Below are positions 9,866 through 21,300 of a stretch of DNA of 32,000 nt, one piece after another. The stretch is from Candidatus Nanopusillus acidilobi (GTDB lineage Archaea; Nanobdellota; Nanobdellia; Nanobdellales; Nanobdellaceae), in NCBI GenBank assembly GCA_001552015.1, contig CP010514.1:1-32000 (forward strand), given 5' to 3'. The notes under the pieces are model-generated. The model made no database searches, was not told the DNA's origin, and was given only the letters and a program-made list of their open reading frames with translations. The translations under genes were made by a program, and so were the position numbers. Each line of letters opens with the position of its first letter. Position 1 is the stretch's first letter.

Positions 9866-10939
9866 ATGACTATAGGTATATCCTATAGTTTAGTTCAGGT
9901 TGCTAGAGAATCAAATCTGAAGAATGATATAATATATAAAAAATATAGATTTTTAGATAATAGAGAAAATAATATAGATTTAGATAATAAATTAGATTTA
10001 GATAAATTAATAGAACTATCAACATTACAATATAATATAAAAAATGTTAGATTATCTTATTTACCATCATATGTAGAAAATTCAGATGGAAAAATAGATA
10101 AAAATAAATTAAAAAACATTCTATATTTATTAGAACAATATAGAAATCAAGGAATTGATGTATTATTAGTATTATTGCATTTTACACATCCAAAAAATTG
10201 GCCAAATATTTTTGATAAGGATTTTCCAAAGTATTTTATAAATCATATAGAAAATGTAAAAGAAGTATTTAGCTATGTGAAACATATATCCCCTATAAAT
10301 GAGCCAATAAATGCATATTGGATAAATATTCAAATAAATCCAAGAGGGATTTTTTATCTAAATATATTTTTAAAAAACGTAGAAGAAATACAAGAATATA
10401 TTTATGATGAATTCAGAGAAAAGATAATACATTTTAATGTTTTTTCTCTTTATTCAAAAAATATAGGAAAAATAATTAATAAATTCCTGAAATCTTTTGA
10501 AGATCAGGTTAGAAAATTGAGAAATCTTTATGACATATTAGATATAAATTATTATGGAACTTATGGATTTAATTCATATGAAAAAAATTATCTTGGAAGT
10601 AAATTATTGAGGATAATATATTCGTATAATCCAAAGGATATTCAAAATTTAATATTTCATTATAAAAAATTATCAGGAGTTAGCGATATTTGGATAACAG
10701 AAACAGGTCTATATTCTAAAAGTTATGGGGAAGAAAAAATTAGATATGGATATATTGAAGAGTTAATAAAAAATATAAAAGAAATATCTCCTGATATTCG
10801 AGTATTTATTTGGACATTTGGAGATATTGTAAATGAATGGAAGAAAAAAGTAGGAAGATTTGGTATTTGTTATGATGAAAATAATATTGAAAAAAAGATA
10901 TGCGAAAATTATATAGAATTATTTAAGAAATATAGTTAA
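9866..10939 (+). CDS. Glycoside hydrolase family 1-like protein (shortened beta-glycosidase)
   Basis: LLHFTHPKNWP, SPINEP (GH1 acid/base NEP motif), WITETGL (GH1 nucleophile TE-G-like), N-terminal IGISYSLVQ; only 357 aa. Confidence 0.75.
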   Translation: MTIGISYSLVQVARESNLKNDIIYKKYRFLDNRENNIDLDNKLDLDKLIELSTLQYNIKNVRLSYLPSYVENSDGKIDKNKLKNILYLLEQYRNQGIDVLLVLLHFTHPKNWPNIFDKDFPKYFINHIENVKEVFSYVKHISPINEPINAYWINIQINPRGIFYLNIFLKNVEEIQEYIYDEFREKIIHFNVFSLYSKNIGKIINKFLKSFEDQVRKLRNLYDILDINYYGTYGFNSYEKNYLGSKLLRIIYSYNPKDIQNLIFHYKKLSGVSDIWITETGLYSKSYGEEKIRYGYIEELIKNIKEISPDIRVFIWTFGDIVNEWKKKVGRFGICYDENNIEKKICENYIELFKKYS

Positions 10940-12717
10940 TGTTAATAATAGCAGAAAAACCTTCTGTAGCTAGAAAGATTTCATCATTCTTATCAAATAA
11001 TAAATATAGAACAGTAAGATTTTCAAAATATATATATTATTATTATTTTAATCAAGAAAAAAGAAATATATATGTTGTTCCTTCAATAGGTCATTTATTT
11101 ACATTATCTGATTTAGATAGAAAATATGATTATCCTACATTCAATTTTAGATGGGTTCCATCATATTTTGAGGATAGAATTATTGCAAAAAAATATTATA
11201 TTGAGATGTTTAGTAAATTTAGAAATGAGAATGAGATAATAATTGCAACAGATTACGATATAGAGGGAGAATTAATAGGTTATAATATTTTAAGATATGT
11301 ATTAAATAAAGAAAATGCAAATAGAATGATATTTTCTGCAATAACATATAAAGATATAGTAAGGGCTTTTAATAATAGGAAAGAAAGTTTAAATTTTGGT
11401 TATATATATGCTGGAGAAACTAGACATATAATAGATTGGTTATATGGTATAAATTTATCTAGAGCATTAACAAAGTCTCTATTTTATTATACAAGGAAAT
11501 TTGTTTTAAGTATTGGAAGGGTTCAGGGTCCAACATTAATGTTAGTATTTAATAGAGAAAATGAAATTGAAAACTTTAAACCTGAAGAATATTATAAAGT
11601 TGAAGCTTTGATTATAAAGGATGATAAAAAATTGAAATTTTCATATATAAAAGATAAAATAAAGGATAAAGATGAAGCAAATAAAATAAAAAATAGTGTT
11701 GAGAAATATTTAATTGTAATTAATGTAGATAAAAAAGAGGAAAAAGTAAATCCTCCACATCCATATAATTTAACAGATATACAGATGGATGCATATAAAT
11801 ATTATAAAATTAGTCCAAAGAGGACTTTAGATATTTTGCAATCTTTATATGAAAAGGGTTATGTATCATATCCAAGAACATCTTCTCAAAGATTACCTGA
11901 AACAATTAATTTTAGGGAAATATTGTCAAATTTATCATCAATAAATTCTTATAAGAAATATATAGCTCCTTTATTGGCAAAACAAATTTTAAAACCAAAT
12001 AATGGACCTAAGGATGATGTACATCCTGCAATACATCCTACAGGAAATATTCCAGAATATTTAGAATATAAGGAAAAATTAATTTATGATTTAGTAGTTA
12101 AAAGATTTATTGCAACATTTTATGATCCTGCAATATTGTATAAAATAAATGTTATTACAAAAGAAAATTTTGTTTACAATTATTATGATATAAAATATAA
12201 AGGATGGTTAGATATTTATTGGGAAATATATAAGAACAACTTTATTTCTTTAAAATTTAATATAGGAGAAAAATTGTTAGTAGATAAAGTTAATATATTA
12301 AAGAGAAAAACAAAACCGCCTGCAAGATATAATAAAGCTTCTTTGGTTAAAAAAATGGAAGAATTAAATTTAGGAACAAAAAGTACAAGGGCAGATATTG
12401 TTGAAATATTATTTAAGAGGAAATATGTTGAGGGAAGATCAATAAAAATAACTGAATTAGGTAAAAAAATTATTGAAATATTTGAGAAATATTATCCAGA
12501 TATTTTGGACATAAACTTTACAAGAAAAATGGAAGAAAATTTGGAAAAACTAGAAAATAAACCTGATATAAGCTTAAAGGAAAAAATAATTGAAGAAAAT
12601 GTGGAAATAATAAAAGATTTATCTAAAGTTATGAAGGAAAATGAGAAAAAAATTGGTGAAGAATTGTATAACTTTATTAAAGATTATTTAAATAAAAGAA
12701 AATTAAAAAGTAATTGA
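10939..12717 (+). CDS. topA: Type IA DNA topoisomerase (archaeal TopA-like)
   Basis: TOPRIM start MLIIAEKPSVARKI, ATDYDIEGELIGYNI, active-site region YEKGYVSYPRTSSQRLP, STRADIVEILFKRKYV; no C-terminal zinc fingers seen. Confidence 0.87.
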   Translation: MLIIAEKPSVARKISSFLSNNKYRTVRFSKYIYYYYFNQEKRNIYVVPSIGHLFTLSDLDRKYDYPTFNFRWVPSYFEDRIIAKKYYIEMFSKFRNENEIIIATDYDIEGELIGYNILRYVLNKENANRMIFSAITYKDIVRAFNNRKESLNFGYIYAGETRHIIDWLYGINLSRALTKSLFYYTRKFVLSIGRVQGPTLMLVFNRENEIENFKPEEYYKVEALIIKDDKKLKFSYIKDKIKDKDEANKIKNSVEKYLIVINVDKKEEKVNPPHPYNLTDIQMDAYKYYKISPKRTLDILQSLYEKGYVSYPRTSSQRLPETINFREILSNLSSINSYKKYIAPLLAKQILKPNNGPKDDVHPAIHPTGNIPEYLEYKEKLIYDLVVKRFIATFYDPAILYKINVITKENFVYNYYDIKYKGWLDIYWEIYKNNFISLKFNIGEKLLVDKVNILKRKTKPPARYNKASLVKKMEELNLGTKSTRADIVEILFKRKYVEGRSIKITELGKKIIEIFEKYYPDILDINFTRKMEENLEKLENKPDISLKEKIIEENVEIIKDLSKVMKENEKKIGEELYNFIKDYLNKRKLKSN

Positions 12718-12752
12718 TAAAATTTATAAATAACAACAAAACCAAAAATTAA

Positions 12753-13184
12753 ATGCCACCAAAAGAAAGAAATATACTTCTTATTTATATATTAGGTTTT
12801 GTAACATTTGGAATATATATTTTATATTGGCTGTATGAGACAAAAAAAGAATTGGAAGAATTAGGAGCAGATATACCATCATTTATACTATATTTCATAC
12901 CAATAGTAAATATATATTGGTTATATAGATATACAAAAGGATGGGCTTATGTTACTAAGAAAAATGAAGGCAATGCAATAGTATACTTTATATTATTTCT
13001 GTTCCTTGGTATAGTTATGCCATATTTAGTTCAAAAGAGTTTAAATCAAATAGCAAGGAATTATAAGAGGCAACAAATGATGAGACAGCGTATGTCACCA
13101 CAGTATTATCCAGGATATCCATATTATCAGAGACAACAATCCCCAGGATATTCAAATTATCCAGCAGGTCAGTTTAGAATGTAG
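12753..13184 (+). CDS. DUF4234-like small membrane protein
   Basis: ILLIYILGFVTFGIYILYWLYETKKEL...LYFIPIVNIYWLYRYTKG; C-terminal Pro/Tyr/Gln-rich tail. Confidence 0.65.
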   Translation: MPPKERNILLIYILGFVTFGIYILYWLYETKKELEELGADIPSFILYFIPIVNIYWLYRYTKGWAYVTKKNEGNAIVYFILFLFLGIVMPYLVQKSLNQIARNYKRQQMMRQRMSPQYYPGYPYYQRQQSPGYSNYPAGQFRM

Positions 13185-13337
13185 TTTTTAATTTATCAAT
13201 TATTTAATTTTCAATATTTAAAAGAGGAATAAAAAAGAGAATTTTAAGTTTTATATACCTACTTTGAAATTCATAAGTTTTAGATAATGAGATAATGTTT
13301 ATAAAGTATAGATTGTAGGTAAGTTATTCTCCTTTGG

Positions 13338-13916
13338 ATGAACTATAAATTACAAAAAAATTGCGATTCATATAAAAAATTTATGGACAAGGATCTAATA
13401 TTCTTCAATAAAATGTTTATGATTGATTATAAAATATCGGAATTTTTTTACAATAAATTAAGAGATAAATTAAATCTTGTTTATGTAATTGATACAATTT
13501 CATATTTAATAAACCTATCTTTTGTTTTATATATAATATTTTTAATTAATTTTAGTTATATTTTTCTTTTCATTATATCTACAGCAATAACTTATTTGTT
13601 AAAATTAATAGTTAATAGAAAAAGACCATATTATTACTTTGATAAAAGATTTGCTATACTAGTCTATGAAAATCATTCTTTTCCAAGTGAGCATACTGTT
13701 ATTGCAACATTATCCTTTATAATAACAGGAAACATTTTAGTGTTTATAGCTCCAATATTAAGAATTATTACTTTAAAACACTGGTTATCTGATGCAATAT
13801 TTTCTATAATTCTTTCTTTCGGTTTTTACATATTTTTTAGTTCTTTCATTAATTTTTCTGAATTATATAATTTATTGATTAGTTATATTAAAATAATTAA
13901 ATATTTAGATTTTTAA
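13338..13916 (+). CDS. PAP2-family membrane phosphatase-like protein
   Basis: NRKRPYYY, SFPSEHTVIA (PSGH-like motif), LRIITLKHWLSDAIFS (R...H..SDA motif 3). Confidence 0.78.
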   Translation: MNYKLQKNCDSYKKFMDKDLIFFNKMFMIDYKISEFFYNKLRDKLNLVYVIDTISYLINLSFVLYIIFLINFSYIFLFIISTAITYLLKLIVNRKRPYYYFDKRFAILVYENHSFPSEHTVIATLSFIITGNILVFIAPILRIITLKHWLSDAIFSIILSFGFYIFFSSFINFSELYNLLISYIKIIKYLDF

Positions 13917-13961
13917 TTTAAATATTGTTTTTTATAAAAATTTTTTATAAAAAATATTATA

Positions 13962-14558
13962 ATGTCAGGAGATATACAGAAAATGTTTCAAAGTGAATAT
14001 AATAGAAATCTTGATGAAATTATAAAATTTTCAGATATTTTATCAAAAACATTAATAAATTACCTCCTTGATGGGGAAATAAAAAATACTATTATAGAAG
14101 ATCAATCTTATGATTCAACAACTATTAAATATATCGGAACTGCATATTCAAGAGAACCTTCTTTGGGAAAAAATATAGAAATTATAAGAAGATTAGAGGG
14201 TATATTGACTATTGAAGGTGAAAAGCTAGTTTTAGAATTAAAAAAAGGAGAAATTAGAAATAAAAAAACATATATTAAAAGATATGAAAGAGAAGCAGAT
14301 GACCTATATAGTTTAAAAAAATTGAGAGAAAAAGATGAAAGATTGGCTTTTTCTATTGAGTTTTTAAAAAATCAATCATATCTAGAAGGTATTGATATAC
14401 GCGAAGCAGAGATAAAATATAATATACTAACTGGTGAATATAAAATTAGAGTATGTGGAAAGATGGTTGAGCCACGTTCATCAGTTGACTTATTAATAAA
14501 AGAAAAATGCTTATATTTTGAAAATAAAAGACAGTTAACTGATCAATATAATATATAG
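13962..14558 (+). CDS. Hypothetical protein, 198 aa
   Basis: Long ORF directly downstream of an A/T-rich promoter-like region (TTTTTTATAAAAAATATTATA); no family recognised. Confidence 0.6.
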   Translation: MSGDIQKMFQSEYNRNLDEIIKFSDILSKTLINYLLDGEIKNTIIEDQSYDSTTIKYIGTAYSREPSLGKNIEIIRRLEGILTIEGEKLVLELKKGEIRNKKTYIKRYEREADDLYSLKKLREKDERLAFSIEFLKNQSYLEGIDIREAEIKYNILTGEYKIRVCGKMVEPRSSVDLLIKEKCLYFENKRQLTDQYNI

Positions 14559-14576
14559 TAAAATTATCAAAAAATA

Positions 14577-15179
14577 TTATCTTTCTATTATATTTAATAT
14601 TTTATTCAATATATCTTCAGGTTTTTCTTCTCCATTGATATAAATTATATTATCTTCTGGAAATATTTCCTTTAATTTTAGGAAATTTTCTCTTACTTTT
14701 TTTAAGAATTCAATATTTTCATAACTTGTAATACTTTTACCCCTTGAATTTATTCTCTCCATTGCAATTTTTGGATCAATATCTAATACAAAAGTAATAT
14801 CTGGTTTAATTATATATTTTGATATACATTTTAACCATTCAATATCTATTCCTTCATATAAAATTTGATAAGAAAATGAAGAATAAATACTTCTATCAGA
14901 AATAATAATATAATCATCATTTAAATATTTCTTTAAATCAATGTTTTTTATACTTCTATCTGCAGTAAATAATAAAGCTAGTAAATATCCATAATCCAAA
15001 TTTTTTTCATGTTCTTTTAAAATTATTTCCTTTATTTTTTTAGATAAATCTTTATCATATGGCTCTTTCATCAATATTAGCTTATTATACTTTTTAGATA
15101 ATTCATTATATAACAAATTTGCAATTGTTGTTTTCCCTGATCCATCAATTCCTTCAATTGCAATATATTTATATTTCAT
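14577..15179 (-). CDS. tmk: Thymidylate kinase
   Basis: P-loop IAIEGIDGSGKTTIA, DRSIYSSFSYQ, LDIDPKIAMERI. Confidence 0.93.
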   Translation of the reverse strand: MKYKYIAIEGIDGSGKTTIANLLYNELSKKYNKLILMKEPYDKDLSKKIKEIILKEHEKNLDYGYLLALLFTADRSIKNIDLKKYLNDDYIIISDRSIYSSFSYQILYEGIDIEWLKCISKYIIKPDITFVLDIDPKIAMERINSRGKSITSYENIEFLKKVRENFLKLKEIFPEDNIIYINGEEKPEDILNKILNIIER

Positions 15180-15201
15180 TTATTTTTCTTTTAAAAAAAT
15201 T

Positions 15202-17055
15202 TTATAATCTAATTATATCACCATTCTTTGGTGCATATGAATATATTCCAAACTTTCTATATATTTTAGATGCTAATTCATATGGTTTTGGAATTTCACC
15301 ATGTACTACTATAGCTTGTTTTGGTTTTGGTCTTAAATATTTAATAAAAGATATTGATTCAAAATGATCTGCATGACCTGAAAAACCTTCATATTTATTT
15401 ATTCTCATTTTTATATTTATTTTTCTATCATTCAATACAATTTCTTTTTGTCCATCTAATATTGTTCTACCTAAAGTACCTTGTGCCTGATATGAAACAA
15501 AAGCCAATAAATTCTTTTCATCTTCTGCAGCATAACTAAAATAATCCAATATAGGTCCTCCTTGCATCATACCAGATGTTGCAATTATTATTGAAGGTTC
15601 ATTAGATGTCATAATTTGTTCTCTTTCTTTTTTACTTGCTCTTATTACATTTTCTCTCTCAAATGGATTTTTTCCAGATTCTATTTTTTCTCTAATTTCT
15701 TTACTTAAAAATTCTGGATATGCTGTATGAATCATTGATGTTTCCCAAACAATTCCCTCTAAATATATATTTACTTCTGGTAACATTTTATTTTCAATTG
15801 CATTTAATAATGTTAATAAAACATCCTGCCCCCTTCCAACTGCTAATACTGGTATTAATACTTTTCCTCCTTTTTCAATTGTTTCCTTTATATCATGAAT
15901 AAATAATGCTTCAGTTTCCTCTCTTGATGGATGTTTATCATTAAATCCTCCATATGTGCTTTCAATTATTAATGTTTCTAATCTTTGATATAATGTATTT
16001 GGTCTTTCTAATAAAGGAATTTTATTAAATTTATAATCTCCAGTATATAATATATTATGTTTTCCTTCAATATTTATATGAACCATTGAAGATCCAATTA
16101 TATGATTTGCATTATGGAATGATATTTTTATATCACCAGTTATATCAGTTACTTCAGAATAATTTAATGTAATAGAATGTTTTAAAAATAATTTAATTTC
16201 CTTTGTTGTAAATATAGGATTTTTACTCTGTTTATTACTTACTTTTAGATAATCTAATAAAACCAAAGCTGCAACATCCCTTGTTGGCTCTGTCAAATAT
16301 ACAGGTCCCCTCCATCCAATTCTAAATAAATATGGAACAAATCCAACATGATCTAAATGGGCATGTGAAATAATTACGGCATCTAAATTTTGTATATCAA
16401 ATTCAGGAATATTTAATATTGGATATCTATCTTCTGAATAATTTCCTGCACCCAATCCACAATCTAATAAAATATTACTTTCTTTTGTTTGTAATAAAAA
16501 TGAAGATCTTCCAACCTCCCTTCCAGCACCTAGAAAAACAATTCTATAATGATCTAATCTTTGTGTTTTTCTTTCCAGTATTTCTTCTCCAATTTTATTT
16601 AAAAATTCAGATTTATATAAAGAATTTTTATGTAAATATGTCCTAATAACATTTATTATTTTTGAAGATTTTAATGGAGCCCTTTGTATTATAATATTAC
16701 ATAGTGTTTCTTCTCTTAATTTATTAATTAAATTTAAATCAATTTTTTCAGGTTCATATGTTTCAATATATAATACAGATCTGTGTTTTTCAAGATATAT
16801 ATCTTTTATTTTTATTCCATTTAATATTTCTTTTACTTTTTCCTTAATATATTCCTCTCCCTTTAATAATTTTGGATTTATCCTTATTTCAATCCTTTTC
16901 TTATATTTTTGTGCTAGATTTTTTCCTATTTCAATTCCTTTTATAAATAAATCTACATTGTTTACATATATAACTATCTTTGGTCCTTCAAAGATTATCT
17001 TATTTATGTCCTTTGATTGGAATTCTTTTAATAATTCTTCCTTAACATTCATCAT
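15202..17055 (-). CDS. aCPSF1: KH-domain metallo-beta-lactamase/beta-CASP ribonuclease
   Basis: N-terminal KH-like region, VVISHAHLDHVGFVP, TRDVAALVLLDYL, SGMMQGGPILDY, INKYEGFSGHADH, VVHGE. Confidence 0.95.
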   Translation of the reverse strand: MMNVKEELLKEFQSKDINKIIFEGPKIVIYVNNVDLFIKGIEIGKNLAQKYKKRIEIRINPKLLKGEEYIKEKVKEILNGIKIKDIYLEKHRSVLYIETYEPEKIDLNLINKLREETLCNIIIQRAPLKSSKIINVIRTYLHKNSLYKSEFLNKIGEEILERKTQRLDHYRIVFLGAGREVGRSSFLLQTKESNILLDCGLGAGNYSEDRYPILNIPEFDIQNLDAVIISHAHLDHVGFVPYLFRIGWRGPVYLTEPTRDVAALVLLDYLKVSNKQSKNPIFTTKEIKLFLKHSITLNYSEVTDITGDIKISFHNANHIIGSSMVHINIEGKHNILYTGDYKFNKIPLLERPNTLYQRLETLIIESTYGGFNDKHPSREETEALFIHDIKETIEKGGKVLIPVLAVGRGQDVLLTLLNAIENKMLPEVNIYLEGIVWETSMIHTAYPEFLSKEIREKIESGKNPFERENVIRASKKEREQIMTSNEPSIIIATSGMMQGGPILDYFSYAAEDEKNLLAFVSYQAQGTLGRTILDGQKEIVLNDRKINIKMRINKYEGFSGHADHFESISFIKYLRPKPKQAIVVHGEIPKPYELASKIYRKFGIYSYAPKNGDIIRL

Positions 17056-17099
17056 AAATAATGTAAATACCTTTTATAGTTAAGTATAAATTTAAAAAA

Positions 17100-17717
17100 T
17101 TATTTTTTCTGTAATTCTTCCTTTATCTCGTAAAGCTCCTTCTTCAATCCTTCTTTTGTTAATGTCCAAATTTCAATACCATATCCAGATCCCAAATCTC
17201 TTTTTATAGCAGCCAATATTGCTTTTTTTGCTAATTCTCTTGCTTCTTCCTCATTCATATTTTCTTTATATTCTGTTTCTAATACACCTAGAGCAAATAC
17301 CATTCCAGAACCTGTAGATATAAAGTCATCAAATTTTTCTAATCCTCCAGCTTCATCTATTGAATATATATGGTAATCATCATTATCTTTTCCAACAATT
17401 ATTACTTCTGAAAAGAATGGGAACCATTTATAATAATTCATCAGGGATGCTAGAAAACTTGCAGCTTCTTCTGCAGTTGGTTCATTTTTTGATCTTAAAT
17501 ATTTTAATTTTAGGTTTGCTTGTAATATTTTTACTAAAGTTTGAATATCTCCAACCAAACCAGCAGCCCCCATTAATATATTATCAGTAATTTGATATAA
17601 TTTTTGTGTTTTCTTATGATATACCATCATTCCTGCTGTTGTTTGTCTATCTGATGCAATTAATACTCCATCTTTAAATTTTATTGCAACAATTGTTGTC
17701 CCAGATGATTCCGTCAT
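17100..17717 (-). CDS. psmB: Proteasome subunit beta
   Basis: SSGTTIVAIKFKDGVLIASDRQTT with a Thr after a short propeptide, GAAGLVGD, FISTGSG. Confidence 0.93.
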   Translation of the reverse strand: MTESSGTTIVAIKFKDGVLIASDRQTTAGMMVYHKKTQKLYQITDNILMGAAGLVGDIQTLVKILQANLKLKYLRSKNEPTAEEAASFLASLMNYYKWFPFFSEVIIVGKDNDDYHIYSIDEAGGLEKFDDFISTGSGMVFALGVLETEYKENMNEEEARELAKKAILAAIKRDLGSGYGIEIWTLTKEGLKKELYEIKEELQKK

Positions 17718-17747
17718 AGTTCTATTATAATGAAATATATTTATAAG

Positions 17748-18341
17748 CTATTTCTTTGCATATTTTTTTATTACTTTTTCTTGGAATGAATTTAATACAT
17801 AATCTACGTGTTTCTTAATTTCATCAAAACTATTAAATTCACCTTTTAATCCTGGGCATACAAATTTTCCATTTTTAAATACATTAAATTTTACTCTATA
17901 ATTCTCGGCTACATCAAATACTACAGTAACAGCTGGGAAAGCCTCTGGATTATATTGAGAATCTGGTATTTCATCTGCTAGTCTTACTATATCTATATTA
18001 TCATAATCAAATTTTCCATTTACAACAATATTCTGTACCTTTATTTTATAATCTTTTGGTAATTCTATATCAATTTGTTTAAATAATTCTCTTAATTTTT
18101 CTGCAACATATTCTATATCTTCTAATCCTTTTATTCCAGATATATTTATTGTTCCACTATTAAATACTAATGCTTTAACATTTTCTTCTTTATTTCCACT
18201 TTCTTTTAATGGTATAATTAATCCAGGAAATGTTTCTGGATCGTATTGAGCATAAGGAATTAGATTTGCGATTTTATCTAATGGCAACTTTACGTTAAAA
18301 TATATTGTAACAACGGCATTGGAAATCTCCCATGTAACCAT
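17748..18341 (-). CDS. tbp: TATA-box-binding protein
   Basis: Two imperfect repeats (ISNAVVTIYFNVKLPLDKIANLIPYAQYDPETFPGLI / IQNIVVNGKFDYDNIDIVRLADEIPDSQYNPEAFPAVT). Confidence 0.95.
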   Translation of the reverse strand: MVTWEISNAVVTIYFNVKLPLDKIANLIPYAQYDPETFPGLIIPLKESGNKEENVKALVFNSGTINISGIKGLEDIEYVAEKLRELFKQIDIELPKDYKIKVQNIVVNGKFDYDNIDIVRLADEIPDSQYNPEAFPAVTVVFDVAENYRVKFNVFKNGKFVCPGLKGEFNSFDEIKKHVDYVLNSFQEKVIKKYAKK

Positions 18342-18363
18342 TTTTAATAAATTTAATAAAAAC

Positions 18364-21300
18364 TTATAAAATATTTAGCTTATAAAATATGTTCATTTCA
18401 TATATCCTTTCTACATTGTTTAGACCTTCATTAGAGTCCTTTATTATTATTATAGTATCAGTATCCTCTTCTAACATGTCTTTATATTTCTTTATTATAT
18501 TTAGTAGCTTTTCATCAGCATATATTTCTATATTCGCTTTTTGACCCTTTCTTAATTTGTTTTCCTTTCTTATATCTTGTAATCTCCTTCTTATTTCCCT
18601 ATATAGCCATTCTTCTTCTAATTCTGGATAATATTTTGTATCAAATCCTATTTTTATAATTCCATAATCAGATTGTGCATTTACGTAATCCTTTTCTACA
18701 TTATCAATTTTTATTTCTTTTACATTTAGATAATCTTTTAATAATTCTACAATATCACTATTATTTAGAATATCAAATAAAATGTTTCCATCTTCTTTAT
18801 ATAAATATAGTGTTTTTAATGGTCTTCTTATATTTATATTTAGAATATTTCTTAATTTTAATGCATTTTCAACAATTGTATTAAATAGTTTATATTCTTC
18901 TTCTATTTTTTCATCTATATATTGTTCCTCAACCTTTTGTAGTTCTTCTAGTATTATTGATTCTCCTTCCAATCCATATAAATTTCTTAATTTTTGATAA
19001 ATATACTCGGAAATAAATGGAATTATAATTGATCCAATATTTATTATATTATATAGAGATTTATATATTACAAATAATACCTTATCAGGTTCTTTCTTTA
19101 TTCTCTCTCTTGTCGCTTTTATATAAAATCTTGACAATTCTAATATCATGTCTTGTAATATTCTTCCAGCTTTCCATATTAAATAATTATCTAATGCATT
19201 GTATATTTCTTTTTTACTTTTTTCTATGAAATGTAACATATATTTATCCTCCCATCTCAAATTTTCTACATTTATTTTTGCAGGATTTATATTATAATAT
19301 TTAGAATATTCCTCCAAATATGTTGAAATATTTAATAATGTATTTAATATTTGATATTTAACTTTTATATCTTCCCATTTTAATTTTATATCTTCATATG
19401 CTTCTACAATTGATCCTAAATAGAGTCTCATAGTATCTGCTCCATATTTATTAATTATATCATATGGAGAAATAGCATTTCCCAAAGATTTTGACATTTT
19501 TCTTCCATATATATCTAGAACATATCCTCCGACATATACGTTTTTATATGGTATATCATTATAGTATAATTCTCCCATCATTGCTAAAGAATAAAACCAA
19601 CCCTTAATTTGATCATAGTTTTCTGTTATGAAATCTACAGGATATATGTCTGTTGCTACTGTTGCTGAACCTGAATCAACCCATACATCTAATATATCTG
19701 GAATTCTTCTCATTTCTTCTCCACATTTTTCACATTTGAATGTAAATTTATCTACATATGGTCTATGTAAATTATAATTATATAGATATATTATTTCATA
19801 ATCTCTTGATCCATACGTTCTTACATAGTATAGATCATTTATTTGATTTAATATGTTATATTCAAATTTATTTACAATTACTATAGATTTATTTTCATAT
19901 TTATTAAATACTTCATATAATTTATTTACATCATTTATTTCATCTTCATAATATATTTTATTTTCCTTAAAATATCTTTGCAATAATTTTTCAGCATAAT
20001 CTGTAAACTTTACTACTATTAATATCTCCTTAAATTTATATCCAGTTAATTTTTCCAATTCTTCAACATTTCTAACAAATTTTACATGTCCATTTTTATC
20101 AACCCACATTGGTATTGGAATTCCCCAATATCTTTGTCTAGATATTACCCAATCTGGTGCAGATTTTACAGTATTTATAAATGCATTTTTTGCTGCTTCA
20201 GGTATAAAATTAATATTTTCAAGATCTAATAATGCCTTTGATTTTATTGAAGATATATTAATGAATATTTGTTCTGGAGATCTAACAATTACTCTATTTC
20301 TACATCTCCAGCATATTGGATAATCATGTTCATACCATTCAAAATATAATAAGGATTTTCTCTTTAATACTTCTAATATAAATTTATAATCATCTTTCTT
20401 TGCAATCCATCCTTCAAAATATTTTATACCTAAAATAGTTCCAGTTTCATCTGTTGTATTGAATGGAGGGACATTATATTTTTTAGCAACTTCATAATCT
20501 TCAAAACCACAACCTGGAGCTGAATGAACTAAACCAGTACCTTCCTGTGTATTTACATATTCCTTAGATAGCCAAATCCTAAATAACCCACTTCTTTCAG
20601 ATCTAAGTTTTTCTATATAATCTTTTAATTCATCATAGAATAATGGTTCATACTCTTTAAATTCTAAATCTTTTCCATAAAATTCATCTACTATTTCATA
20701 TTCAATATTTAGTTTACTCATTAATTTTTCTAATATATCTTTTGCAACAATCCAATATTCATAATCATTTTCTTTTTTAATATTCATTTTTACAATTTTA
20801 TGATTATTATAATCTAATTCTAATTCTCCAACATACATTTTTGGAACTTTTATTTTTACATATTTTAATTCAGGATTTACCATAATACCTAAATTATATA
20901 ATAATGTCCATGGGGTTGTTGTCCAAACTATATAATATGTATTTTCCATATCTTTCGATTTAAGCTTTACATAAATTGCATTTGATATTTCTTTCTTATA
21001 TAAAGGATCTTCATATCCCAAATCTATTTCTTGTTTTGATAATGATGTTTGACAATGAGGACACCACCAAACAGGTTTCTTTTCCTTATATATTAAATTA
21101 TTTTCATAACCTTTTGCCAAAGCTTCCCATATTTTTTCAATAAATTCATTTTTAATTGGTAAATATGGATTATCTATATCCTGCCAATGTGCCATATCTT
21201 CATAGAATTTTGTAAATTCATTCATTGATCCATATGCAAAATTAAAGCATTCTTTAATAAATTTATCAACACCAATTTTCTCTATCTCTCTTTTATCTTT

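Noticed and set aside
10939-12717. Topoisomerase half of a split reverse gyrase
   Set aside because: TOPRIM start, length and the YEKGYVSYPRTSSQRLP region fit a stand-alone archaeal TopA better; a genome-wide search for a helicase half would be needed to revisit.
15354-16646. Plus-strand ORFs opposite aCPSF1
   Set aside because: Antisense to a confident beta-CASP gene, no motif support.
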